From contig CAMDBF010000003.1 in assembly GCA_945889175.1 (NCBI GenBank), positions 223 to 64,222 on the forward strand: a stretch of DNA of 64,000 bases. The letters run 5' to 3'. The notes under the pieces are model-generated. The model worked only from the letters and a program-made list of their open reading frames with translations. It was not told the DNA's origin and did no database searches. The stretch is from Rickettsia typhi. GTDB lineage: Bacteria; Pseudomonadota; Alphaproteobacteria; Rickettsiales; Deianiraeaceae. Below are positions 9,555 through 18,462 of the stretch, one piece after another. Both the position numbers and the translations under genes were made by a program. Position 1 is the first letter of the stretch. The number at the start of each line of letters is the position of its first letter.

Positions 9555-10010
9555 CTACATCATTGCACTAACTGCAACCAGCCTCAACTGATAAAAAGAC
9601 TGACCTATTAGGTAGGTACAAAAAATTGCAATGACAAGAGATAAAAATAAGATAGTATAGCTACTTTTTTTAGCTAAGGATAAATCAAGCAAATATCCAC
9701 AGTCCCACAAAAAGTGACGAACTAAAGTCATAAAATAAAATACATTAGCAAATAAAAGGCAGCCGACAAAGAATAAGGAAAGACCAAAGACTAAGCTTGA
9801 TGCACTAAGTAGACTATGCTCAACAATGGTTTTGGTTAAGCCGTAAGATCCAAAAATATCAAACATCATAAGCCAAGCAAGAGAAATAACAGTTGCAAAA
9901 GATACAAAACCACAAGCTCTACCAAATATTGATACAAACATGTTAATTTGAAATTTATAAACCTGTAAGTGTGGAGATGTTGGTCTCGTTTTAGCATTTA
10001 ATTTTGACAT
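9555..10010 (-). CDS. sdhC: succinate dehydrogenase cytochrome b556 subunit-like protein (orphan, heme-ligand His not evident)
   Basis: 'RPTSPHLQVYKFQINMFVSIFGRACG' and 'VRHFLWDCGY' match SdhC blocks (RPTSPHL.IYK..., S-I-L-H-R, IRH..WD.GY). No sdhD, sdhA or sdhB is adjacent. Confidence 0.6.
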   Translation of the reverse strand: MSKLNAKTRPTSPHLQVYKFQINMFVSIFGRACGFVSFATVISLAWLMMFDIFGSYGLTKTIVEHSLLSASSLVFGLSLFFVGCLLFANVFYFMTLVRHFLWDCGYLLDLSLAKKSSYTILFLSLVIAIFCTYLIGQSFYQLRLVAVSAMM

Positions 10011-10094
10011 ACCTTATAAAGCAAAAATATATTAATTTTTATTAATTCTAAACAAATAAATTTTATAGTAAAGTTTTTTATTAAAAAAAACATT

Positions 10095-13000
10095 TTATTT
10101 TAAATAAGATTGCAATTCCAACCAAATACACTCACTTAAATGAGGTAAAAGAGGGGCTACAATTTTACAAAAATTAAAAAGAACAGTGTAAAGTGTATTG
10201 TAAGCGTTTTGTTTGTCGTTATCTTTTTGCGACTTCCAAAACCTATCCTTGTTTCGTCTTATATACCAATTATTTAAGACATCAACAAAAGCGGTAATTT
10301 TTTTACAAGCATCAGGTGTATTGTAGGCGTCCATTGCAAGCCTTACATCGATAGTTAAAAGGCTTAATTTAGACAAAATATAAATATCCATTGCATTGCT
10401 TGATTCAAAACTTTCTTGAGCTTTTATCTCGTCTGCTTTTGAATATATTTTGAAAAAAGTATAAGCATTATTTATTGGCTTTAAAACGAGTCTTGCAACA
10501 TCCTTAATCTCCTGTCCGTTTGCACTAACCAACAAGTCACCACCTTGCATTACAGGACTTGATACAACAAACCACCGCATCGCATCGCTTCCAATTTCGT
10601 CAAAAACTTGCATGGGGTCAGGATAATTCCTTAATCTTTTGGAAAGCTTTTGCCCCTTTGAATCAAGTATAACACCGTGACAAATACAGTTTTTAAATGG
10701 TGCTGTATCAAATAATGCGGTACTTAAAACCATCAAAGTGTAAAACCATCCTCTAGTTTGAGCTGCATACTCAACAATAAAATCTGCAGGATAATTTTTT
10801 GGCTTTAAAAGCGATGGGTCAAGGCTATCTTTGTTAAACGGATAATGCACAGAGGCAAAAGGCATAGATCCAGACTCAAACCAGCAATCAAGAACATCAC
10901 TAACCCTTGAATACTCCTCGTTATCTTTAACAATCTTAATATCGTCAATAAAAGGTCGGTGTAGGTCTTGTATTTTTTGTCCACTCGCTTTTTCAATCTC
11001 TTCAACCGAGCTGAACACTAAAATTTTACCAGTTTTTGATTTCCAAACTGGTATAGGACAGCCCCAATAACGATTGCGACTAATTGACCAATCCCTAGAG
11101 CCCTCAAGCCATTTACCAAACTGCCCATCCCTGATATGCGAAGGTATCCAGTTAATTCCCCTTGGATTATAATGTAAGTAAGATGGTCTGTTTAACTCGT
11201 AGCAATATTCCTCATAATATTTTGTTTTGCTGCCTTTTGGATTTTGCGATATTTTTTTTGCAACAAGGTTAAACCTATGCTTTATTGCAATTTTTTGAGA
11301 AACAACATTATCCGAAATAGTATTAAGGCCAATTTTTTGTATTGGATAGTTACTAAAAGCAAGATTAATAATTTCATCAAGAGCTTCAGTGCAGTAGCCA
11401 TTGCCCTGCATGTTTTTTGAAACCATGTAAGAAACCTCAATTAAACCTTTTTCAAAAGATTCCAAAGCTGGATCGTAAAAACACAGACCAACAAGACCAA
11501 TAAAGCTATCTTTGTTTTGGGGCTTGCCTTTTTGAAACAACATGTAGCGTGGCAAATTGTGCTTTTCGAGTTGAAGATTATAATATATTATAGAATCTTC
11601 AACTTGAGACCTCGTCATTACTTGGTTGTCGGCAAAGTAATAGTATTTTCTTACCTCTTCGTTACCCAAGATGCACTCAAAAAGCAAATCAACATCATCC
11701 ATGCTAACAAGCCTTCCTTCAAGCCTTTGCGTATTAAATCTCAAACCTCTGTTGAGTTCAATCATTCTATTTTTGATTAAAGGATTTGTAACCTCAACAT
11801 ACCAAGAGGAAACGGCTTTATAAATAAGAGGGGTATCCGTTCTCCAGCAATGGGGATAGTTATGGATAATTTGCTCCGTTTTTAACCATGAACCATTTAA
11901 TTTAAGATATCTTATAATATCGTCATTAACACCATCGTAATTTTTTGTACCTTTATCACTAAGGCACTCCTCCAGTACACATCTAGATTTCAGGCGTAAA
12001 GTAAAGTCTGCTATTTTTAAATCTATCAACCTTGAATCATGAAAACACCCAGCATCGTCAATTGGACAAATAACTGATATGCCATTTTTTTCGCATACAA
12101 TCTGATCCTCTTCACCAAAAGCTGGAGCAAGGTGAACTATACCGGTTCCATCTTCGGTAGTAACAAAGTCAGCGGTTAAAACTTTAAAAGCATTTTTAGC
12201 CTCTTCGTCGTTTTTAAAATAAGGGAACAGTGGTTCGTAAGAGCTATTTTCAATATCGGAGCCCTTAAAGGTAAGACTTAAAGGATTAATGCTCTTAAAA
12301 TTTGATGACTCAAGGCTCATTTTTTTATAACTTACTGCCCCTTCTTGAATGATTTTGTCGCTAAAAACAAATCCAAGTTTAGTATAAAATTTTTCAATAG
12401 CAATCCCCCTGGTATCAGAGTTCTCGCCGTAATAAATTAATGGCGATGCCCAAGCTTTAGTAACCCCTTTGCTAAAGTAGAGTTCTAAAATTCCAGATAA
12501 AATTTTAAGCCCAAGTCCAAGACCTCTAAAGCCTTCAATTATTGCAAGGCGAGAAATAGTTATTTCGCTAGCTTCATGTAAAACCCTAATAGTTGCAATC
12601 GCCTGACCGTTGTTGTATATTAGATAATGCTCGTAATCCACATCCGTAACATCCCAAGCAAAGGTTTTATTGAGATTTTTCTCTTTAACAAATACTTCAT
12701 CGCGAATATGTTTTGAGGTATCAAACATTTGATCATTTTCACATTTTTGTATAAAGCTTAAATCAAAACCATCAAGTTCTTTTTTATACTTTGAAATAAG
12801 ATTTTTTGCCAAAATACATTTTTCAGTCGCAGAGCTAAGGCATACATAATCAATATCCTTTCCAACGGCTATAGCAAGATTAGATGGGAGGGTCCAAGGT
12901 GTCGTGGTCCAACCCAGTGCCCTTGCACCAATGTACTTACCGCTTGTTAATATAAATTTTACAGTTGCAGTTTTTGATTGTTTTTCCCTGTAGGCGTTAT

Positions 13001-13598
13001 CAAGTTTTGTTTCAAAGTTTGAAAGAGGCGTTTGACACTTCCATGAGTAAGGCATAACACGGTATTTTTCGTACAAAAAGCCTTTTTTGTGAAGTTCACC
13101 AAAAGCCCAAATCACGGATTCCATGTAAGACTTGTCCATAGTTTTGTAGTCGTCTTTAAAGTCAACCCACCTACCAGATTTTGTAATGTAATCTTGCCAC
13201 TGCTCGGTATATTTCATTACCCCAGTTTTGCAGGCTTGGTTAAAGTTATGTATGCCGTATTTTTCAATAGCAACTTTTCCGCTAATACTTAGTGTTTTTT
13301 CTGTTTCCATTTCAGCTGGTAGCCCGTGGCAGTCCCATCCAAATCGACGCTTAGTTTGATTGCCAAGCATTGTTTGATATCTAGCAAAAATATCTTTAAC
13401 AAAGCTTGTTAAAAGATGACCATAATGTGGCAGTCCATTTGCAAAGGGTGGACCATCATAAAATATAAAATTACCTGTTAAATTAGAATTGTTGACTGAT
13501 TTTTTAAAAATATCGTTCCTTTCCCAATGTCCACGAATTGATTTTTCAATATTGGCAAAATTAAAACTTGAATCATTCATATCTTTTTTAAAAATCAA
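10095..13598 (-). CDS. ileS: isoleucine--tRNA ligase, type 2, carrying two inserted GNAT acetyltransferase domains
   Basis: Motifs in order: HIGH 'PHYGH', 'FGWDCHGLP', editing-domain 'TTTPWTLPSN' and 'GTGIVHLAPAFGEED', 'YPHCWRTDTPL', 'DWSISRNRYWGCPIP', 'DCWFESGSMP' and KMSKS 'KLSKR'. Two GNAT-like segments lie at aa ~275-435 and ~617-814. Confidence 0.9.
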   Translation of the reverse strand: MIFKKDMNDSSFNFANIEKSIRGHWERNDIFKKSVNNSNLTGNFIFYDGPPFANGLPHYGHLLTSFVKDIFARYQTMLGNQTKRRFGWDCHGLPAEMETEKTLSISGKVAIEKYGIHNFNQACKTGVMKYTEQWQDYITKSGRWVDFKDDYKTMDKSYMESVIWAFGELHKKGFLYEKYRVMPYSWKCQTPLSNFETKLDNAYREKQSKTATVKFILTSGKYIGARALGWTTTPWTLPSNLAIAVGKDIDYVCLSSATEKCILAKNLISKYKKELDGFDLSFIQKCENDQMFDTSKHIRDEVFVKEKNLNKTFAWDVTDVDYEHYLIYNNGQAIATIRVLHEASEITISRLAIIEGFRGLGLGLKILSGILELYFSKGVTKAWASPLIYYGENSDTRGIAIEKFYTKLGFVFSDKIIQEGAVSYKKMSLESSNFKSINPLSLTFKGSDIENSSYEPLFPYFKNDEEAKNAFKVLTADFVTTEDGTGIVHLAPAFGEEDQIVCEKNGISVICPIDDAGCFHDSRLIDLKIADFTLRLKSRCVLEECLSDKGTKNYDGVNDDIIRYLKLNGSWLKTEQIIHNYPHCWRTDTPLIYKAVSSWYVEVTNPLIKNRMIELNRGLRFNTQRLEGRLVSMDDVDLLFECILGNEEVRKYYYFADNQVMTRSQVEDSIIYYNLQLEKHNLPRYMLFQKGKPQNKDSFIGLVGLCFYDPALESFEKGLIEVSYMVSKNMQGNGYCTEALDEIINLAFSNYPIQKIGLNTISDNVVSQKIAIKHRFNLVAKKISQNPKGSKTKYYEEYCYELNRPSYLHYNPRGINWIPSHIRDGQFGKWLEGSRDWSISRNRYWGCPIPVWKSKTGKILVFSSVEEIEKASGQKIQDLHRPFIDDIKIVKDNEEYSRVSDVLDCWFESGSMPFASVHYPFNKDSLDPSLLKPKNYPADFIVEYAAQTRGWFYTLMVLSTALFDTAPFKNCICHGVILDSKGQKLSKRLRNYPDPMQVFDEIGSDAMRWFVVSSPVMQGGDLLVSANGQEIKDVARLVLKPINNAYTFFKIYSKADEIKAQESFESSNAMDIYILSKLSLLTIDVRLAMDAYNTPDACKKITAFVDVLNNWYIRRNKDRFWKSQKDNDKQNAYNTLYTVLFNFCKIVAPLLPHLSECIWLELQSYLK

Positions 13599-13600
13599 CT

Positions 13601-14563
13601 TTATATTGTTGCCTTAGGCTTTGAATTAGCCTTTAAGCTTGACATAACTATTGATGCAATAAAAATTATAAAAGATATTAAAAGCACAGACCAAGAGGGC
13701 ATAAACTCACCAAAAAATACAGAAAGGCAAAGCTTGATACCTATAAGCAAAAGAACTATAGCAAGTCCAAATTTTAAATATTTAAATTTATCAACAAAGC
13801 TGTCAACAACAAAATACAAAGACCTGAGCCCTAGTACGGCAAGTATGTTAGATGTGTATATAATGTAAGCATCCTTGGTAACTGAAAATATTGCAGGGAT
13901 TGAATCAACAGCAAAAATGACATCAGCAAAACAAATAAAAACAAGAACCAAGAATGCTTTTGAGAAATGAAATTTATGTCCATACATTACGAAAAATCTG
14001 TCACCATGATAGTTTGGGGCTATTGGTAAAATTGCAGATAAGATTTTTAATAAAGTCGATTGAGATATATCCTCTTCCTCCTCTTCTCCCTTTAATGATA
14101 TGTAAAGTATCTTTAAGGCCGAAAGAAGAAGTACGATACCAAATATAAGTAAAACCCAATGAAACTTATGAACAATACTGACGCCTAAAAAAATGAATAT
14201 ACCCCTTAGTACAAAAGCACCTACGACTCCAAATAACAATATCTTTTGCTTTGCGGCATTTGAGGATTTGAAAAAATCAAATATTAAAATAAAAACAAAA
14301 ACATTGTCAACACTAAGAGCCATTTCCAAAAAATAACCCGTTGTAAAGTCAAAAAATTCTTTTGAAGAATGTTTAAAATAAACCCATACCCCAAATAACA
14401 TAGCTAAAAAGACGTAAAAACAAACTCTTTTTAATGCTGATTTTATTGATATACGATCATCTTTATTGGACTTGGAAGAGAAAAAACCATTATCAAAAAG
14501 TACAACAGCCAATACACCAAGAGTGAAAAATACAAGTTCAATAAAGTCCTGTCTAGCAAGCAT
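13601..14563 (-). CDS. TerC-family integral membrane protein
   Basis: 'YFLEMALSVDNVFVFILIF' and the second-half repeat 'ADVIFAVDSIPAIFSVT' are the duplicated TerC signature. Confidence 0.8.
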   Translation of the reverse strand: MLARQDFIELVFFTLGVLAVVLFDNGFFSSKSNKDDRISIKSALKRVCFYVFLAMLFGVWVYFKHSSKEFFDFTTGYFLEMALSVDNVFVFILIFDFFKSSNAAKQKILLFGVVGAFVLRGIFIFLGVSIVHKFHWVLLIFGIVLLLSALKILYISLKGEEEEEDISQSTLLKILSAILPIAPNYHGDRFFVMYGHKFHFSKAFLVLVFICFADVIFAVDSIPAIFSVTKDAYIIYTSNILAVLGLRSLYFVVDSFVDKFKYLKFGLAIVLLLIGIKLCLSVFFGEFMPSWSVLLISFIIFIASIVMSSLKANSKPKATI

Positions 14564-14575
14564 GTTGTTAAATTA

Positions 14576-15832
14576 TTAATTACAAAGCGATAAAATTTCC
14601 TCAGCGGTTTTTAGATAAGACTGAGATTTTTTGTCAACAAAATGCTTAGCATTTAGAGCATATTCGTTGTATCTTGATTTATTCTGAAATAATACAGAAA
14701 CCCCTTTTACCAAATCCTCAGCAGGCAATACGATTACAGCATCCTCAAGGCGCATAGCAGAAACTATATCCTGAAAATTTTCGTTATAATTGCCTGTTAC
14801 CGTAGGTCTTTCAAGGTAAGCAGGCTCGAGTATATTATGACCGCCAATCCCATCAACAAAACTACCACAGACCAAAGATACCTTTGTGGCAAGACAAACA
14901 TCTGCAACCAAACCCATTGAATCCAGTATTAATACATCATCTTCATTTGTAATCGTTTCGTTTTTTGAATAAATTTTATATTTTAAGTTAAATTTAGAAA
15001 TATTTGCAACAACTTCATCAATGCGATTCAAATGCCTTGGAGCTATTATAAAAAAGGTATTTGGAACTTTATTTTTCAATTCTCTGAGGGCGGTAAAAAT
15101 TATACACTCCTCATCGGCATGGCTACTGATTACAAATATGGAATTTTTTGATGCAAGGCTATAGCCATCTTCGCACATAATTTTAAAACCACCACTTGCC
15201 TTTACAGAAGTTGCCGAAGAGTATTTTAGGCTATCAATAAGATTGTAGTTAACATTTAAAGATGTAAAAACATCTACACCTTGTTTTTGAGTTGATGTGT
15301 ATATAGCATCAAACTTATTAAGCAATTTTACAAAATGCTTTTTATGTTGTAACCATTTGTTAATTGATTTTTGAGAAAATTTTGCATTTAAAAATACAAG
15401 CTTTAAACCACTACTTTTCGATACCGATATTAAATTTGGCCAAAACTCACTTTCAACTAAAATAAGAGCTCTTGGTTTAAAATGATTAATAAATTTCTTA
15501 ACAACTATAGGGGAGTCAAGAGGTGCAAATTGATGAATGGCTCCGGATGGCAAAAGATTTTGCATAGCCTGAGAAGATGTAAGGGTTCCGGTTGTTATTA
15601 AAATTTTGTGACCTTTTTGAATTAAATAGGTAATGATTGGCAAAACAGACTTGCTTTCGCCAAGGCTAGCAGCATGAAACCATAAGACATTTTTATGATC
15701 ATTTATCTTATATATTCCAAGTTTTTCATTAAATCTTACTGGATCTTCTTTGCCCTTTTTAACTCTAACCTTAAGATAAAAATATAAAAAAGGATGAAGT
15801 AAAATCCAAGCTAAATTATACAAAAATAACAT
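14576..15832 (-). CDS. waaA: 3-deoxy-D-manno-octulosonic acid (Kdo) transferase
   Basis: N-terminal anchor, 'VLWFHAASLGESKSVLPI' (the W-x-H-x-x-S-x-G-E motif of WaaA/KdtA) and a C-terminal GT-B half with 'GGHNILEPA'. Confidence 0.85.
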   Translation of the reverse strand: MLFLYNLAWILLHPFLYFYLKVRVKKGKEDPVRFNEKLGIYKINDHKNVLWFHAASLGESKSVLPIITYLIQKGHKILITTGTLTSSQAMQNLLPSGAIHQFAPLDSPIVVKKFINHFKPRALILVESEFWPNLISVSKSSGLKLVFLNAKFSQKSINKWLQHKKHFVKLLNKFDAIYTSTQKQGVDVFTSLNVNYNLIDSLKYSSATSVKASGGFKIMCEDGYSLASKNSIFVISSHADEECIIFTALRELKNKVPNTFFIIAPRHLNRIDEVVANISKFNLKYKIYSKNETITNEDDVLILDSMGLVADVCLATKVSLVCGSFVDGIGGHNILEPAYLERPTVTGNYNENFQDIVSAMRLEDAVIVLPAEDLVKGVSVLFQNKSRYNEYALNAKHFVDKKSQSYLKTAEEILSLCN

Positions 15833-15849
15833 ATAAAAAGAGCAATAAT

Positions 15850-16473
15850 TTAATTTGTTTTGACACCATGTCCAGTTTTAATACCCCGAACAATCTCAAG
15901 AGAGTCTTCTTTTTTACGCAAAACTTGCTGCGATATGTTTTGTCTTTTTTCAAAATCAGCTTTTTGCATAGCACCACTGGATGCAATTAAATAAATAATA
16001 CCAACCATTGTGGCAAACAAAACAAGACCACAAAGCTGAAAAATTACAAAATATTTAGTGTACAAAACCAATCCTAAATTTAAGACATCAGAAGACTTAT
16101 CTGTAATGAAACTTGAATAAGCTGCATTAGCATTAAAGGCTGTATTGATAAAAGTTTTTTTTGCAAAAATAGCAATTGCAAATATAATAATTAAGCCAGC
16201 AGTAAGAGTTGGGAAAAATCTTGGTGCCCTTTCTTTTTTTTGATCAAGCATCATAACTACAAACAAAAATAATGTTGCAATGGCCCCAACATAAACTATA
16301 ATTAAAAGCATTGCAATAAACTGTGCTGACAGAAGAAGATATATCCAAGCTGCAGAAAAAAAGCCAACAACAAGCCACAGAACTGCTTGAACACTTTGTC
16401 GAGAAAAAACTGACATTAGCAAAGAAGATACAAGCCCAAAACTAAAGACTCCAAAGCAAAAATTGATAAGCAT
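15850..16473 (-). CDS. nuoJ: NADH-quinone oxidoreductase subunit J
   Basis: 'AQFIAMLLIIVYVGAIATLFLFVVMML' is the NuoJ/ND6 core, with a five-TM layout. No other nuo gene is adjacent. Confidence 0.8.
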   Translation of the reverse strand: MLINFCFGVFSFGLVSSLLMSVFSRQSVQAVLWLVVGFFSAAWIYLLLSAQFIAMLLIIVYVGAIATLFLFVVMMLDQKKERAPRFFPTLTAGLIIIFAIAIFAKKTFINTAFNANAAYSSFITDKSSDVLNLGLVLYTKYFVIFQLCGLVLFATMVGIIYLIASSGAMQKADFEKRQNISQQVLRKKEDSLEIVRGIKTGHGVKTN

Positions 16474-16562
16474 AATACAATTTTATTAACAAACTACCCT
16501 ACAATAAAAGCTTAAACCTTATTTTGTATTTGTAAAGAATTTCTTGATTAATAATAAAAAAA

Positions 16563-16638
16563 TGGTGCCGCAAAGGTGAATCGAACACCCGACCTACTGG
16601 TTACGAATCAGTTGCTCTACCATCTGAGCTATTGCGGC
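16563..16638 (-). tRNA. tRNA-Thr (anticodon CGU)
   Basis: The reverse complement GCCGCAATAGCTCAGATGGTAGAGCAACTGATTCGTAACCAGTAGGTCGGGTGTTCGATTCACCTTTGCGGCACCA folds by hand into a cloverleaf. It has a 7-bp acceptor stem, GCTC/GAGC D stem, anticodon loop TTCGTAA, TTCGATT T-loop and an encoded CCA. Confidence 0.85.
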
Positions 16639-16650
16639 TTTATAAAAAAG

Positions 16651-17952
16651 TTAATATCTATATGAATCTGACTTAAAAGGACCTTCAGCATCAATCGACA
16701 TATAATCAGCCTGTTTTTTACTAAGAACATCAAGCTTAGCCCCAAGCTTATCAAGATGAAGTCTTGCAACCTCTTCGTCAAGTTTTTTTGGCAGTGTGTA
16801 GACTTGATTTTTGTATTTACCTTTATTGGTGTAAAGTTCTATCTGGGCTAAAACCTGATTTGTAAAACTCATTGACATAACAAAACTAGGATGCCCCTTT
16901 GCACATGCTAGGTTCATAAGTCTTCCCTTAGCAAGAACAATTAATCTTTTGCCGTTTGCAAAGGTTACTATATCAACTTGAGGTTTGACCTCATTCCACT
17001 CTAAGTGGCGAAGGGATGCTATATCTATCTCGCTATCAAAATGACCTATGTTTGATACTATCGCCATATCCTTCATTTTACACATGTGGCCGTAGTTTAT
17101 AACATCAATATTGCCCGTAGCAGTTACAAATATATCACCAATTTCACAAGCATCATTCATTTGAACAACCTCGTAACCAAGGCTTGCAGCTTGTAAAGCA
17201 CATATTGGATCAACCTCCGTTACGATAACTCTGGAACCCTGACCTCTAAATGCCTCAGCACATCCTTTGCCAACATCACCAAAACCAACTATTGCAACAA
17301 CCTTACCCGAAAGCATCACACTTGTAGCTCTCTTTATTCCATCTAAAACTGACTCCTTACAGCCAAAAATATTATCAAATTTTGATTTAGTAACAGAATC
17401 GTTGACATTAATAGCTGGAAATTTTAAAAGCCCTTCATTAAATATTTTATACAATCTTTTAATGCCAGTTGTAGTCTCTTCACTTACTCCAAAAATTGTA
17501 GAATGATCAATATCGGCATCATCAATAATAAGCTTTGTCAAATCACCGCCATCGTCAATTATCATGTTTGGTCTCCAAGATGAACCATCTGGCTTATAGG
17601 TTTGCTTAAGACACCACTCGTATTGTGCATCAGTCTCATTCTTCCAAGCAAAAACAGGTATTCCAATTGATGCAATGTATGCGGCTGCATTATCCTGAGT
17701 TGAATATATATTGCACGACGACCATCTAATTTCAGCACCCAAAATGTGCAATGTTTCAATTAAAACGGCTGTTTCGATTGTCATATGTAGACTTCCAGAA
17801 ATTCTCGCACCTTTAAGTGGCTTTGTTTTTGAGTATCTCTGCCTTAAGGTCATTAAACCCGGCATTTCATGTTCCGAAATTTTAACCTCGCTACGACCAA
17901 AATCAGCCAAGGAAATGTCTTGAATCTTGTAATCGTTAAATTGTTTTTTCAT
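16651..17952 (-). CDS. ahcY: adenosylhomocysteinase
   Basis: '[18 protein letters not shown]', NAD site '[10 protein letters not shown]', '[11 protein letters not shown]' and the C-terminal 'YRY'. Confidence 0.92.
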   Translation of the reverse strand: MKKQFNDYKIQDISLADFGRSEVKISEHEMPGLMTLRQRYSKTKPLKGARISGSLHMTIETAVLIETLHILGAEIRWSSCNIYSTQDNAAAYIASIGIPVFAWKNETDAQYEWCLKQTYKPDGSSWRPNMIIDDGGDLTKLIIDDADIDHSTIFGVSEETTTGIKRLYKIFNEGLLKFPAINVNDSVTKSKFDNIFGCKESVLDGIKRATSVMLSGKVVAIVGFGDVGKGCAEAFRGQGSRVIVTEVDPICALQAASLGYEVVQMNDACEIGDIFVTATGNIDVINYGHMCKMKDMAIVSNIGHFDSEIDIASLRHLEWNEVKPQVDIVTFANGKRLIVLAKGRLMNLACAKGHPSFVMSMSFTNQVLAQIELYTNKGKYKNQVYTLPKKLDEEVARLHLDKLGAKLDVLSKKQADYMSIDAEGPFKSDSYRY

Positions 17953-17958
17953 AAGTAA

Positions 17959-18309
17959 TTAGTTTGCGCTAGAATTAAAATTGCGATTAACAGCTGGAAT
18001 CTTAATAACAGAACCATCCAAATCTCCAGTAACAATAATTTGACAACCAAGTCTAGATGTAGGAGTAAGTCCAAAAGCAAGATCGAGCATGTCTTCCTCG
18101 TCCTCACTTGGATCTGGGAGGTTGTCGAAATGTGCAGACTCAAAAATTACATGGCAAGTAGAGCAAGCAAGCGATCCCTCGCAGGCACCCTCAAGGGGAA
18201 GTTTGTTTCTGTGCATTAATTCAAGTATGGATATGCCAATTGGAGCATCAAGAACAATCTCTTTAAGATCTGGCAAAACAACGGTAATTTTAACACTTTC
18301 AGCTGTCAT
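17959..18309 (-). CDS. 2Fe-2S ferredoxin, adrenodoxin type
   Basis: Cluster ligand pattern 'CEGSLACSTCHV' plus the downstream 'LGCQI'. It ends 6 nt upstream of ahcY. Confidence 0.85.
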   Translation of the reverse strand: MTAESVKITVVLPDLKEIVLDAPIGISILELMHRNKLPLEGACEGSLACSTCHVIFESAHFDNLPDPSEDEEDMLDLAFGLTPTSRLGCQIIVTGDLDGSVIKIPAVNRNFNSSAN

Positions 18310-18462
18310 TAGAATATATAGACAAATAGCAATAAAGATAATTATTTTACAAAAGCTTAAATGACTATTTTTTTATATTCAAATATTTTTTCTTTATTTA
18401 TCTTGAATATAAAAGACATGACGTTAAATTTGTAGAATGTTTTATATATTATTATAAATGCA

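Noticed and set aside
17953-17958. Looked for an SAH riboswitch upstream of ahcY and for a CIRCE element or sigma32 box upstream of groEL and dnaK
   Set aside because: ahcY starts 6 nt after the ferredoxin gene, leaving no room for a leader. No TTAGCACTC-N9-GAGTGCTAA was seen. The CTTGAA near dnaK has no correctly spaced CCCCAT-type -10 box.
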